A stretch of 64,000 bases of DNA, from assembly GCA_001805965.1 (NCBI GenBank), contig MHHG01000024.1, positions 1,384 to 65,383 on the forward strand, given 5' to 3'. This document shows, piece after piece, positions 8,791 to 17,101 of this stretch. Each line of letters starts with the position of its first letter. Within the stretch, counting starts at the first letter, position 1. The stretch is from Omnitrophica WOR_2 bacterium RIFOXYA2_FULL_38_17 (lineage in GTDB: Bacteria; Omnitrophota; Gorgyraeia; Zapsychrales; Zapsychraceae). A model generated the notes under the pieces. That model made no database searches and was not told the origin of the DNA. It saw only the letters and a program-made list of their open reading frames with translations. Position numbers and translations under genes: made by a program.

Positions 8791-10125
8791 ATGAAGTTAT
8801 TCCGCATGTTAGGTTCTTTGATCACTGCAGCTGCTGTATCTTTGTTTTATGCTGTATCTTGTTTTGCAGGGGAAAATGGAGTTATTGATTCTGGAGCTAC
8901 TGCATGGATGTTGACATCAACGGCTTTGGTGCTTTTAATGGTCCCTGGGCTGGCTATGTTCTATGGTGGATTGGTTAGAACAAAGAATGTTCTTGGCACA
9001 ATGATGCACAGTTTTGTTTCTATAGCGATTATTGGTGTGTTGTGGACAATATTTGGGTATTCGTTATCTTTTGGACATAGTATTTTGGGCGGTTTTCTTG
9101 GTTGGAATCCTGATTATTTCTTCTTAAAAGGTATTGATGAAAGTATTGTTAATGGGGTTCCTGAATATGTATTAGCTATGTTTCAAGGTAAATTTGCGAT
9201 CATAACTCCTGCATTAATAGCAGGTGCACTTGCTGAGAGGGTTTATTTTAGAGGGTATTGTCTTTTTATAGCTCTTTGGTTCCTATTTGTTTATTGTCCT
9301 TTAGCTCACTGGGTCTGGGCTTCTGATGGGTGGCTCTTTAATGCTGGCGCTAGAGGTGTGATCGATCTGGCTGGAGGAACGGTAATTCATGTTTCAGCCG
9401 GAGTAAGTGCATTGGTCGTTTCCTTGTTTCTTGGAAAAAGAAAAGGTTATCCTGAAACAGTAGTAATGCCAAATAATCTGGTTATGACAATGATCGGAGC
9501 AGGATTACTATGGGTAGGCTGGTTTGGTTTTAATGCAGGCTCAACAGTGCATAGCGGGTTAGATACTGCCCGGGCGCTTACAATGACTCAGATTTCGGCA
9601 TCAAGTGGTGCTGTTACTTGGCTTGTTCTAGAAGCCATTATTTTTAAGAAGGCAACTTCTCTGGGCTTTGTGTCAGGAATTTTAGCAGGTTTGGTGGTAA
9701 TAACGCCTGCGGCAGGAGTTGTGCTTCCGTCGGGGGCTCTTATCTTGGGAATGTTATCATCAATCGCTTGTTATTTTGCACTAAAAATGAAAGCAAAATT
9801 TGGTTATGATGATAGTCTTGATTGTTTTGGTATCCATGGAGTTGGAAGTGGATTGGGAGTGCTAATGCTGTCTTTTTTTATAAGGGGAAGTTGGATGGCA
9901 GAGGCTTCAGCGGCTATCGGTACAAGATGGACGAACGTTGATCAATTTTTTATTCAGCTAAAAGGATTAAGTGCAACAATTGTATTAGCGGCTTTGGGTA
10001 CTTTGATAATTAGTTTTGTTGTAGAAAACACAATAGGTTTTAGATTAGGAAAAGCAAAAGAAATGGCAGGGATGGATCATTCTTTGCATGGTGAGCATGG
10101 ATATGGGATGTTGAATGTAAACTAA
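8791..10125 (+). CDS. amtB: Ammonium transporter Amt (copy 2, divergent)
   Basis: 444 aa with a signal peptide. Amt blocks are present (…GALAERV…, …WVGWFGFNAGS…, …HGVGSGLG…). Confidence 0.9.
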   Translation: MKLFRMLGSLITAAAVSLFYAVSCFAGENGVIDSGATAWMLTSTALVLLMVPGLAMFYGGLVRTKNVLGTMMHSFVSIAIIGVLWTIFGYSLSFGHSILGGFLGWNPDYFFLKGIDESIVNGVPEYVLAMFQGKFAIITPALIAGALAERVYFRGYCLFIALWFLFVYCPLAHWVWASDGWLFNAGARGVIDLAGGTVIHVSAGVSALVVSLFLGKRKGYPETVVMPNNLVMTMIGAGLLWVGWFGFNAGSTVHSGLDTARALTMTQISASSGAVTWLVLEAIIFKKATSLGFVSGILAGLVVITPAAGVVLPSGALILGMLSSIACYFALKMKAKFGYDDSLDCFGIHGVGSGLGVLMLSFFIRGSWMAEASAAIGTRWTNVDQFFIQLKGLSATIVLAALGTLIISFVVENTIGFRLGKAKEMAGMDHSLHGEHGYGMLNVN

Positions 10126-10153
10126 ATGTATTTTATCTATGGAAGGGAAAAAC

Positions 10154-10495
10154 ATGAAATTAATTACTGCTATTATTCAACCAGATAAATTAGATGAGGT
10201 CCGTGAGGCATTGATAAAAGCTGAAATTACAAGAATTACTGTGAGTCGTTGTTCCGGAAGAGGACAAGCTGAGGAAATTGATATATACCGTGGCCAGGAA
10301 ATAGTCCCGGAGCTAATATCAAAAGTAAGGCTTGATATTGCTGTTAATGAGGCTTTTGTTGATATTACAGTTGATACGATATTGAAGGCAGCAAAGCATG
10401 GAGATGGTGCAATTGGTGATGGTAAGATATTTATTACTTCTTTGGAAGAGTGTATACGTATTCGGACTGATGAGAGAGGGGGTAAGGCAATCTAG
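10154..10495 (+). CDS. glnK: PII nitrogen regulatory protein (copy 2, divergent)
   Basis: ORF 10139 trimmed to the ATG at 10154, which follows the RBS GGAAGGG. MKLITAIIQPDKLDEV... is a PII N-terminus, and the protein has the T-loop ...GRGQAEEIDIYRG... Confidence 0.8.
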   Translation: MKLITAIIQPDKLDEVREALIKAEITRITVSRCSGRGQAEEIDIYRGQEIVPELISKVRLDIAVNEAFVDITVDTILKAAKHGDGAIGDGKIFITSLEECIRIRTDERGGKAI

Positions 10496-10576
10496 TAACA
10501 GAATTATTATATTTAATAAAACTCAAGAATTGTGATATAACTCTAAGTAAGAAATTAAAAAAGGGAGGCAAACAAA

Positions 10577-12658
10577 ATGGAAGAATTTACTTCAATAGCG
10601 GATTATTATGGCGAAAATGTTTTTAATCTCAAGACTATGCGCAACTATCTCTCAGAGGAGGCATATAAATCTTTGAGCGCTACTATTAAGACTAGTGGCA
10701 CTTTGGACCCAAAGATTGCAGATGAAGTTGCAGATGCAATGAAAACATGGGCACTTTCAAAGGGTGCGACTCATTATACTCATTGGTTTCAGCCTTTGAC
10801 AGGTTCAACCGCTGAAAAGCATGATGCTTTTATCGACCCTGATAATGAAGGAGGCGTTATTATCAAATTCTCCGGTAAAGAACTTATTCAGGGTGAGCCG
10901 GATGCTTCAAGCTTTCCTTCAGGAGGATTAAGGACTACTTTTGAAGCTCGTGGATATACAGGATGGGACCCAACATCCCCAGCTTTTATTAAAGAAGGGC
11001 CTGAAGCAGCTACTCTTTGTATCCCAACATATTTTATTGGCTGGAAAGGAGAAGCCTTAGATAAGAAAACACCTCTTTTGCGTTCAATGAAAGCTCTTTC
11101 AAAACAAGTTTGTCGCTTGGCGGAGATATTTGGCATTAAATCAAAAGGTAAAACCGCATATGCAACTTTGGGTGGTGAGCAAGAATATTTTTTGATCGAT
11201 AGAGAGTTCTATTATTCAAGAATTGATCTTATGCAAACCGGCAGGACCTTATTCGGAAAAGAACCTGCAAAGCATCAGCAAATGGCAGATCACTATTTTG
11301 GTGCTATAAAGAGCCGTGTTATGGGCTTTATGGAAGACCTTGATAGAGAGATGTGGAGATTAGGTGCTCCTGTTAAAACAAGGCACAATGAAGTTTCTCC
11401 TGCACAATTTGAGATCGCCCCTGTTTTCGAACAGTTAAATTTAGCCATTGACCATAATATGTTGTTAATGGAGGTTATGCAAAAGGTCGCTGAAAAACAT
11501 GACCTGGCATGCCTTCTTCACGAAAAACCATTTTCTGGTGTTAATGGATCCGGGAAGCATAATAACTGGTCAATAGTTGGCCCTGACGAGAAGAATTGGC
11601 TTTCTCCAGGAGATAACCCGCACGATAATGCTAAGTTTTTAGTGGTTCTTTGTGCTATCATTAAGGCAGTTGATACATATGCTGATCTATTGAGAGCTTC
11701 AATTGCGTCAGCCGGCAATGATCATAGGCTTGGTTCACATGAAGCCCCTCCGGCTGTTATTTCAATTTTCTTAGGAGATCAGCTTACAGATATTATTGAG
11801 CAAATTGAAAAGGGCGGAGCAAAGTCTTCTAAGAAGGGTGGCGTTCTTGAGATAGGTGTTGATTCATTGCCTGATCTGCCTCGAGATGCGACTGATAGGA
11901 ACAGAACGTCTCCTTTTGCGTTTACTGGAGCGAAATTTGAATTTAGGGCAGTTGGCTCAAATGCTAATTTAGCAGGGCCAAATATTGTGCTTAATACTAT
12001 TGTCGCGGAAGCCTTAGACGAAATTTGTACAATATTAGAAGGTGTTAGTAAAAAGGACCTAAATGCTACAATACAAAAATTATTGCAGGATATTGTCAAG
12101 AAGCACAAAAGGATTCTTTTTAATGGTGATAATTATACAGAAGAATGGTTAAGAGAGGCAAAGAAAAGAGGCTTGCCAAATCTTAAGAATACTCCGGAAG
12201 CTTTAGAGGCTTTAAGGAGCCCGGCTAATGAGAAAGTTTTTGGAAAGCATGGAGTGTTATCCAAAACAGAGCTAGCTTCCAGGTATGAAGTTTATAAGGA
12301 AATGTATGAGTCTGTTATAGACTATGAAGCAAAGCTGTCTCTTGATATGGCAAAGACCATGATAGTGCCGGCTGTTTTTAGCTACCAAGAAGAGCTTGCA
12401 GACAGCATTAGATCAGTCGAGGGCATCAATAAGACAAAATCAACGGGGTCAAGAAAGATATTGAAAGAGATAACTGACGAGCTTGAAGGGGCGCTAGTTA
12501 AGATTGATACGCTTGCTGCTGCAATTAAAAGAGGCAATGCCTTAAAAACTAAGGTTGCGATGTTGGATCTTAGGTCTTCAATTGACTCTCTAGAAGGATT
12601 AGTTGCTGAAGATGTTTGGCCACTGCCTTCTTATGCAGAAATGTTGTTTATGCTTTAA
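10577..12658 (+). CDS. glnN: Glutamine synthetase type III
   Basis: 693 aa. The GSIII length and its N-terminal and catalytic blocks are recognisable. No terminator separates it from amt2-glnK2, so the three are probably co-transcribed. Confidence 0.85.
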   Translation: MEEFTSIADYYGENVFNLKTMRNYLSEEAYKSLSATIKTSGTLDPKIADEVADAMKTWALSKGATHYTHWFQPLTGSTAEKHDAFIDPDNEGGVIIKFSGKELIQGEPDASSFPSGGLRTTFEARGYTGWDPTSPAFIKEGPEAATLCIPTYFIGWKGEALDKKTPLLRSMKALSKQVCRLAEIFGIKSKGKTAYATLGGEQEYFLIDREFYYSRIDLMQTGRTLFGKEPAKHQQMADHYFGAIKSRVMGFMEDLDREMWRLGAPVKTRHNEVSPAQFEIAPVFEQLNLAIDHNMLLMEVMQKVAEKHDLACLLHEKPFSGVNGSGKHNNWSIVGPDEKNWLSPGDNPHDNAKFLVVLCAIIKAVDTYADLLRASIASAGNDHRLGSHEAPPAVISIFLGDQLTDIIEQIEKGGAKSSKKGGVLEIGVDSLPDLPRDATDRNRTSPFAFTGAKFEFRAVGSNANLAGPNIVLNTIVAEALDEICTILEGVSKKDLNATIQKLLQDIVKKHKRILFNGDNYTEEWLREAKKRGLPNLKNTPEALEALRSPANEKVFGKHGVLSKTELASRYEVYKEMYESVIDYEAKLSLDMAKTMIVPAVFSYQEELADSIRSVEGINKTKSTGSRKILKEITDELEGALVKIDTLAAAIKRGNALKTKVAMLDLRSSIDSLEGLVAEDVWPLPSYAEMLFML

Positions 12659-12689
12659 AGACTAGAATTATGTAATAAAAAATCATTGA

Positions 12690-12746
12690 AAGTATCGGGG
12701 CATATGTTATCCTCGACGAAAAAAGTATTCCCCGATACTTTCTTTT
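12690..12746 (+). terminator. Intrinsic terminator after glnN
   Basis: AAGTATCGGGG...CCCCGATACTT (11-bp stem) followed by TCTTTT. Confidence 0.55.
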
Positions 12747-12783
12747 GAAGTACAAAAGATTTGTTTTATACTAATCTCTGCAT

Positions 12784-12812
12784 TGACAAATAATAGAAAT
12801 TGTTATATACTC
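12784..12812 (+). promoter_or_regulatory. Sigma-70-like promoter (TTGACA-17-TATACT) for the second GAF-ANTAR gene
   Basis: TTGACA 12784-12789, TATACT 12807-12812. Confidence 0.55.
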
Positions 12813-12856
12813 CAAACATAGTAGTAGATGTAAAGAACGATGATGTTTATATGTCC

Positions 12857-12904
12857 TGGCAAAGTTGTCCGGAACTCATAGTAATGTGGGTCCGGGTTTT
12901 TTTT
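12857..12904 (+). promoter_or_regulatory. ANTAR-target-like hairpin (T)GGC-aaagtt-GTCC overlapping a terminator (TCCGGA...TCCGGG, then T8)
   Basis: Loop A1/G4, U-tract 12897-12904. It lies in the leader of the ANTAR paralog 2 gene. Confidence 0.5.
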
Positions 12905-12922
12905 GTGTAAGATATTTATTTT

Positions 12923-12972
12923 GGGCAAAGATGTCCTCATTCAATGAAGATATAATTGGGTGGGGCTTTTTT
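12923..12972 (+). promoter_or_regulatory. ANTAR-target-like hairpin GGGC-aaagat-GTCC followed by a weaker terminator-like hairpin/U-tract
   Basis: GGGC 12923-12926, GTCC 12933-12936, then ...GGGTGGGGC followed by TTTTTT (12966-12972). The downstream stem needs G-U pairs. Confidence 0.45.
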
Positions 12973-12987
12973 ATTGCAAAGGAAAAT

Positions 12988-14235
12988 ATGATGGCCGAAA
13001 AAAAGATCAGAAAGTTGCATATTAGTCAAGTGATGGAGAATAAACTCTTGCGTAAGATCGTTGAAATAACCAATTCTGAACTGGGCCTAGAAAAAGTTCT
13101 GAAAGAAACAGTTAATATTATCACAGAGGTTACAAAGGCAGACTCCGTGTTTATCTATTTACTTGATAATACAAAAAAACAGTTATCCTTGATGGCCTCG
13201 AAGACTCCTCATCAAAAAGAGATAGGACAGCTTAATTTAAAAGCAGGTGAAGGCATTGCAGGATGGGTCTTTAGCAACTCTTCCCTGGTGGCGATCGCAG
13301 AAAATGCTTATAAAGATGAACGTTTTAAAAGTTTTGATGTTTTGCCAGAAGATAAATATGAAGCCCTGTTATCTGTGCCAATTATCAATAAAGGTAAAGC
13401 TGTAGGCGTCGTGAATATCCAGAACAAAAGAAAACATGACTATAGTGAAAAGACGATAGATCTTATTTCTTTGATCGTAAAGCAAATTGAGGGTGTTTTA
13501 GAAAATGCTCGACTATATGAAGAAGCAAAGAAGAAAGCAGTACAATTTGATAACTTGATGAAGGTCAGTAATTCAATAACGTCAAAGAATTATCTTGAGG
13601 AGATCTTAAGTCTTATTGTGGTTGTTACGGCAGAGATTCTTAGCTCAAAGATATGTTCAATTATGCTTGTAGATAAAACGGGTAAAGAGCTAGAAATAAA
13701 GGCTACGCAAAGCCTTAGTGAACATTACAGGACAAAACCTAATTTAAAGATAGGTTCATGTATCAGCGGAGATGTTATAAGATCAAAAAAACCAATTGCG
13801 ATCTTTGATGTTCGGGAAGAAAAAAGATATTCATTTAGGGGTCTGGCAATAAAAGAAAAATTAACATCAATGTTATGTGTTCCAATGGTTGTGAAAGAGC
13901 AGGCAATTGGTTTGATAAATGTATATACGGAGAAGAAACACGAATTTACAAAAGAAGAGATTGATGTTTTGCAGATGGTGGCTAATCAGGCGGCAGTTGT
14001 TGTTGAGAATACAAAGTTAGTAGAAGAATCTATAAAGGCAAAAGAAGCATTAGAAACAAGAAAAATAATAGAAAAAGCAAAGGGCCTTTTGATGCAAATT
14101 AGATCTCTTAATGAAGATGATGCTTATAAAATGATATTGAAGAAGAGCATGGATTCTAGAAAATCTATGAAAGAAGTGTCAGAATCAATTTTATTAATGA
14201 GTGAATTTAAGAGTGAAGGGGTAAATTTGCAGTAG
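12988..14235 (+). CDS. GAF-GAF-ANTAR RNA-binding transcription antiterminator (paralog 2)
   Basis: ORF 12865 trimmed to MMAEKK at 12988. The upstream part overlaps the leader hairpins and has no match to paralog 1. The C-terminal ANTAR is ALETRKIIEKAKGLLMQIRSLNEDDAYKMILKKSMD. Confidence 0.8.
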   Translation: MMAEKKIRKLHISQVMENKLLRKIVEITNSELGLEKVLKETVNIITEVTKADSVFIYLLDNTKKQLSLMASKTPHQKEIGQLNLKAGEGIAGWVFSNSSLVAIAENAYKDERFKSFDVLPEDKYEALLSVPIINKGKAVGVVNIQNKRKHDYSEKTIDLISLIVKQIEGVLENARLYEEAKKKAVQFDNLMKVSNSITSKNYLEEILSLIVVVTAEILSSKICSIMLVDKTGKELEIKATQSLSEHYRTKPNLKIGSCISGDVIRSKKPIAIFDVREEKRYSFRGLAIKEKLTSMLCVPMVVKEQAIGLINVYTEKKHEFTKEEIDVLQMVANQAAVVVENTKLVEESIKAKEALETRKIIEKAKGLLMQIRSLNEDDAYKMILKKSMDSRKSMKEVSESILLMSEFKSEGVNLQ

Positions 14236-14297
14236 CATAAGTAGAAAGCTATCATTAATTAATACAAAGCTTTTATCTCGTTGCAGATTTAAAAGCT

Positions 14298-14347
14298 GGA
14301 CATAGCGGTCCGCCTTAGAACATGGATGTTCGAAAGCGGACTTTTTT
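14298..14347 (+). promoter_or_regulatory. ANTAR-target hairpin GGAC-atagcg-GTCC overlapping an intrinsic terminator (GTCCGC...GCGGAC, then T6)
   Basis: GGAC 14298-14301, GTCC 14308-14311, U-tract 14342-14347. It lies between the ANTAR2 gene and the porin-amt3 unit. Confidence 0.65.
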
Positions 14348-14429
14348 ATTTTAACAGAGCGCAGATTGTTCTTAATAGACTATGTTGTCAGTAAAATCAA
14401 ATATAAGACATAATATGAAAGGAAACGAA

Positions 14430-15221
14430 ATGAATAAGAATTTAATTAAAAGCTTGTTGGTTCTTTTGACAGTTTTAGTTACACCGATGTTTCAAACGAA
14501 TGCCGAATCTTCAACAGTATTAGGGGATTACTTGGCAAGTAAAGATGTGGAAATAGCAGTTTCTGCTAACATTGATTATTACGATAAATATGTCTGGAGA
14601 GGATTTCTCCTGGATGGCGATAATGTTATGCAATCAGGAGTTACGCTTTCTTCAAAAGGTTTTGAGGGAGGCTTCTGGGGAAGCTGGGACCTTCAGTCTG
14701 AAGATGGATTAGCCTCTGATGAAGTAGATGGATTCATTGGTTATGGTTTTGGTCTTGGTTTTTTAAATGATGCACTTGAGAAAATCACAGTGTCCTTAGG
14801 TCATACATGGTATGGATTTCCTGAAGCTGACCTTTATTCTAAAGAATTTTATTTAGGATTTGCAGTAGACACGTTCTTGTCTCCATATTTTACATGGTAT
14901 AAGGATTATGAAGATGAGGAGCAAGGTGGTGCTGATGGCAACTATTTTATGGCAGGGATCGGCCATAGTTTTAATATTAGTGAAGAGTATGGCGTTACCC
15001 TTGATTTAGGGTTGGAATATGGATTTAACGATAACGCTTTTATTGATGGAAAAGGTCATTATGCTTTGTCTAAAGTAGGCGTTACTATTCCGCTAACTGA
15101 AAAAATCTCTATGAGCCCTGTTATTGCTTACAGTGTTCCATTTGGCGATCTAGCAAATGGCGGGGGAAATGACCAAAAAGAACAGTTTTATGGGGGTGTT
15201 TCACTTGCGTTTAATTTTTAA
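14430..15221 (+). CDS. Predicted outer-membrane beta-barrel (porin-like) protein with signal peptide and C-terminal Phe
   Basis: ORF 14382 trimmed to the ATG at 14430, which follows the RBS AAGGAAA. It has alternating amphipathic Gly/aromatic-rich strands and ends ...LAFNF. It lies directly upstream of amt3. Confidence 0.6.
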   Translation: MNKNLIKSLLVLLTVLVTPMFQTNAESSTVLGDYLASKDVEIAVSANIDYYDKYVWRGFLLDGDNVMQSGVTLSSKGFEGGFWGSWDLQSEDGLASDEVDGFIGYGFGLGFLNDALEKITVSLGHTWYGFPEADLYSKEFYLGFAVDTFLSPYFTWYKDYEDEEQGGADGNYFMAGIGHSFNISEEYGVTLDLGLEYGFNDNAFIDGKGHYALSKVGVTIPLTEKISMSPVIAYSVPFGDLANGGGNDQKEQFYGGVSLAFNF

Positions 15222-15241
15222 GCAAAAAGGAAGGATATAAA

Positions 15242-16633
15242 ATGTTAAATAAAATAATGAAAAATATTGTTCGATCATTGCCCTTAATAGGGCTGATTAT
15301 AATGTTTTCGGTTATGCCGGCATTTGCAGAAGAGACAGAAACAAATGCAAAGGCAATTGAAGCATTAACTACTAATTTGAATATTGTTTGGACTTCAGTG
15401 GCTGCATTTTTGGTTTTTTTTATGCAAGCCGGTTTTGCGATGGTAGAAGTAGGTTTTACAAGAGCAAAAAATGCAGTGAATATTATAATGAAGAATTTAA
15501 TGGATTTTGCAGTTGGGACCCTTGTATTTTTCTTCATTGGTTTCGGACTTATGTTTGGAAAATCAAACGGTATATTTGGAACTACAAATTTCATGTTAGG
15601 CGGTGATGTTCTTGGTTCGGCTGAACATTGGAATTGGGCTTTCCTTATATTTCAGACGGTTTTTGCTGGAACTTCAGCAACTATAGTGTCGGGAGCAATG
15701 GCAGAAAGGACTAAATTTAAGGCATATTTATGTTACAGTGTCTTTATTTGTGCTTTTATCTATCCGATATTTGGCTCATGGGCGTGGGGAGGACTTCTTG
15801 ATGGTGGTGGCTGGTTAGAGAATTTAAAAACCCCTTTTGTTGATTTTGCTGGGTCAACCGTTGTTCACTCTATTGGTGGCTGGTTAGCATTAGCTGGAGC
15901 CATTGTTTTAGGCCCTAGATTGGGTAAATATTCTCCGGATGGAAAATCAAAGGCAATTCCTGGACACAATATAACTTTAGCTGCATTAGGTGTTTTTATA
16001 TTGTGGTTTGGATGGTTTGGTTTTAATCCTGGTTCAACAACTGTAGGCAATGGAGAGATCGGGCGGGTTGCTGTAACCACAAATCTGGCAGCGGCAGCTG
16101 GTGCGGTCAGCGCTATGATAATTGCATGGATATTATTTAAAAAACCTGATGCTTCAATGACTCTAAATGGTGCGCTAGCTGGATTAGTTGCGATAACAGC
16201 AGGTTGTTATACTGTTACGCCTATGGGTTCCATCTGGATAGGTGCTATAGGAGGAATCTTAGTTGTTTTTAGTGTCATTTTTATTGATCAGGTGCTAAAG
16301 GTTGATGATCCTGTAGGAGCTGTTTCTGTCCATGGAGTTTGTGGTGCTTGGGGTACGCTTGCTTGTGGCCTATTTAATGCCGAGAAGGTATTAGGAACAG
16401 GCGAAGTAAGCGGTGGTTTGCTCTATGGGGGAGGGATGAATCAATTAATAACACAGTTAATAGGGGTTGGAGCTGCTTTTATTTGGGCTTTCTCTATAGG
16501 GTTAATTTTATTTAACGTAATTAAGGTTACAATGGGCATTCGTGTTTCTCCAGAAGAAGAATTAAGAGGTTTGGATATTATGGAACATGGAATGGAAGCA
16601 TATGATGGATTCCAAATCTTTAGTAATTCATAA
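15242..16633 (+). CDS. amtB: Ammonium transporter Amt (copy 3, close paralog of copy 1)
   Basis: 463 aa with Amt blocks (…GAMAERTK…, …WFGWFGFNPGS…, …HGVCGAWGTLACG…). Confidence 0.9.
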   Translation: MLNKIMKNIVRSLPLIGLIIMFSVMPAFAEETETNAKAIEALTTNLNIVWTSVAAFLVFFMQAGFAMVEVGFTRAKNAVNIIMKNLMDFAVGTLVFFFIGFGLMFGKSNGIFGTTNFMLGGDVLGSAEHWNWAFLIFQTVFAGTSATIVSGAMAERTKFKAYLCYSVFICAFIYPIFGSWAWGGLLDGGGWLENLKTPFVDFAGSTVVHSIGGWLALAGAIVLGPRLGKYSPDGKSKAIPGHNITLAALGVFILWFGWFGFNPGSTTVGNGEIGRVAVTTNLAAAAGAVSAMIIAWILFKKPDASMTLNGALAGLVAITAGCYTVTPMGSIWIGAIGGILVVFSVIFIDQVLKVDDPVGAVSVHGVCGAWGTLACGLFNAEKVLGTGEVSGGLLYGGGMNQLITQLIGVGAAFIWAFSIGLILFNVIKVTMGIRVSPEEELRGLDIMEHGMEAYDGFQIFSNS

Positions 16634-16658
16634 AAAAGTTTAAAGGAGGTATCAAATC

Positions 16659-17000
16659 ATGAAAATTATTACTGTAATGATACAGCCGCACAAATTGCCG
16701 GATGTTAAGAAAGAGCTCTTTGATGCAGATGTTCATAAAATGACCGTGACAAATGTGTTAGGTTGCGGGCAGCAAAGAGGTTATAGTGAGACATATAGAG
16801 GTGTGGTTCATGAAGTAAATCTCTTGAAAAAGGTTAGGATAGAAATAGCGGTAAATGAAAATTTTGTCGATAGGACAATAAAAGCAATTATCAAAGGCGC
16901 CAAGACAGGAAATATTGGTGACGGGAAGATATTTGTCACAGATCTGGATCGCTGTATTCGAATCAGGACAGGAGAGGAAGGCAATGAAGCTATAGGATAA
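16659..17000 (+). CDS. glnK: PII nitrogen regulatory protein (copy 3, ~85% identical to copy 1)
   Basis: 113 aa: [18 protein letters not shown]...[12 protein letters not shown]... Confidence 0.85.
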   Translation: MKIITVMIQPHKLPDVKKELFDADVHKMTVTNVLGCGQQRGYSETYRGVVHEVNLLKKVRIEIAVNENFVDRTIKAIIKGAKTGNIGDGKIFVTDLDRCIRIRTGEEGNEAIG

Positions 17001-17013
17001 AATAGAGGGGTTG

Positions 17014-17050
17014 GGGGCAGCATGCGGATCAATCGCAAGCTGCCCCTTTT
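17014..17050 (+). terminator. Intrinsic terminator after glnK3
   Basis: GGGGCAGC...GCTGCCCC followed by TTTT. Confidence 0.6.
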
Positions 17051-17101
17051 ATATGCAATAAAAGTGCAGACATCAAATAATAATTTAAGTATATTATAGT
17101 T

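Noticed and set aside
12865-12987. N-terminal extension of the track ORF for the second GAF-ANTAR protein (MSGTHSNVGPGFFCVRYLFWAK...)
   Set aside because: It exactly overlies the two leader hairpin/terminator elements and has no counterpart in paralog 1. Translation more plausibly starts at MMAEKK (12988), which follows an AAGGAAA RBS.
6510-12990. Sigma-54 (-24 GG / -12 GC) promoters or NtrC enhancer sites at amt/glnN
   Set aside because: No TGGCAC-N5-TTGC-like boxes are found. Clear TTGACA/TATAnT sigma-70 promoters occupy those positions.
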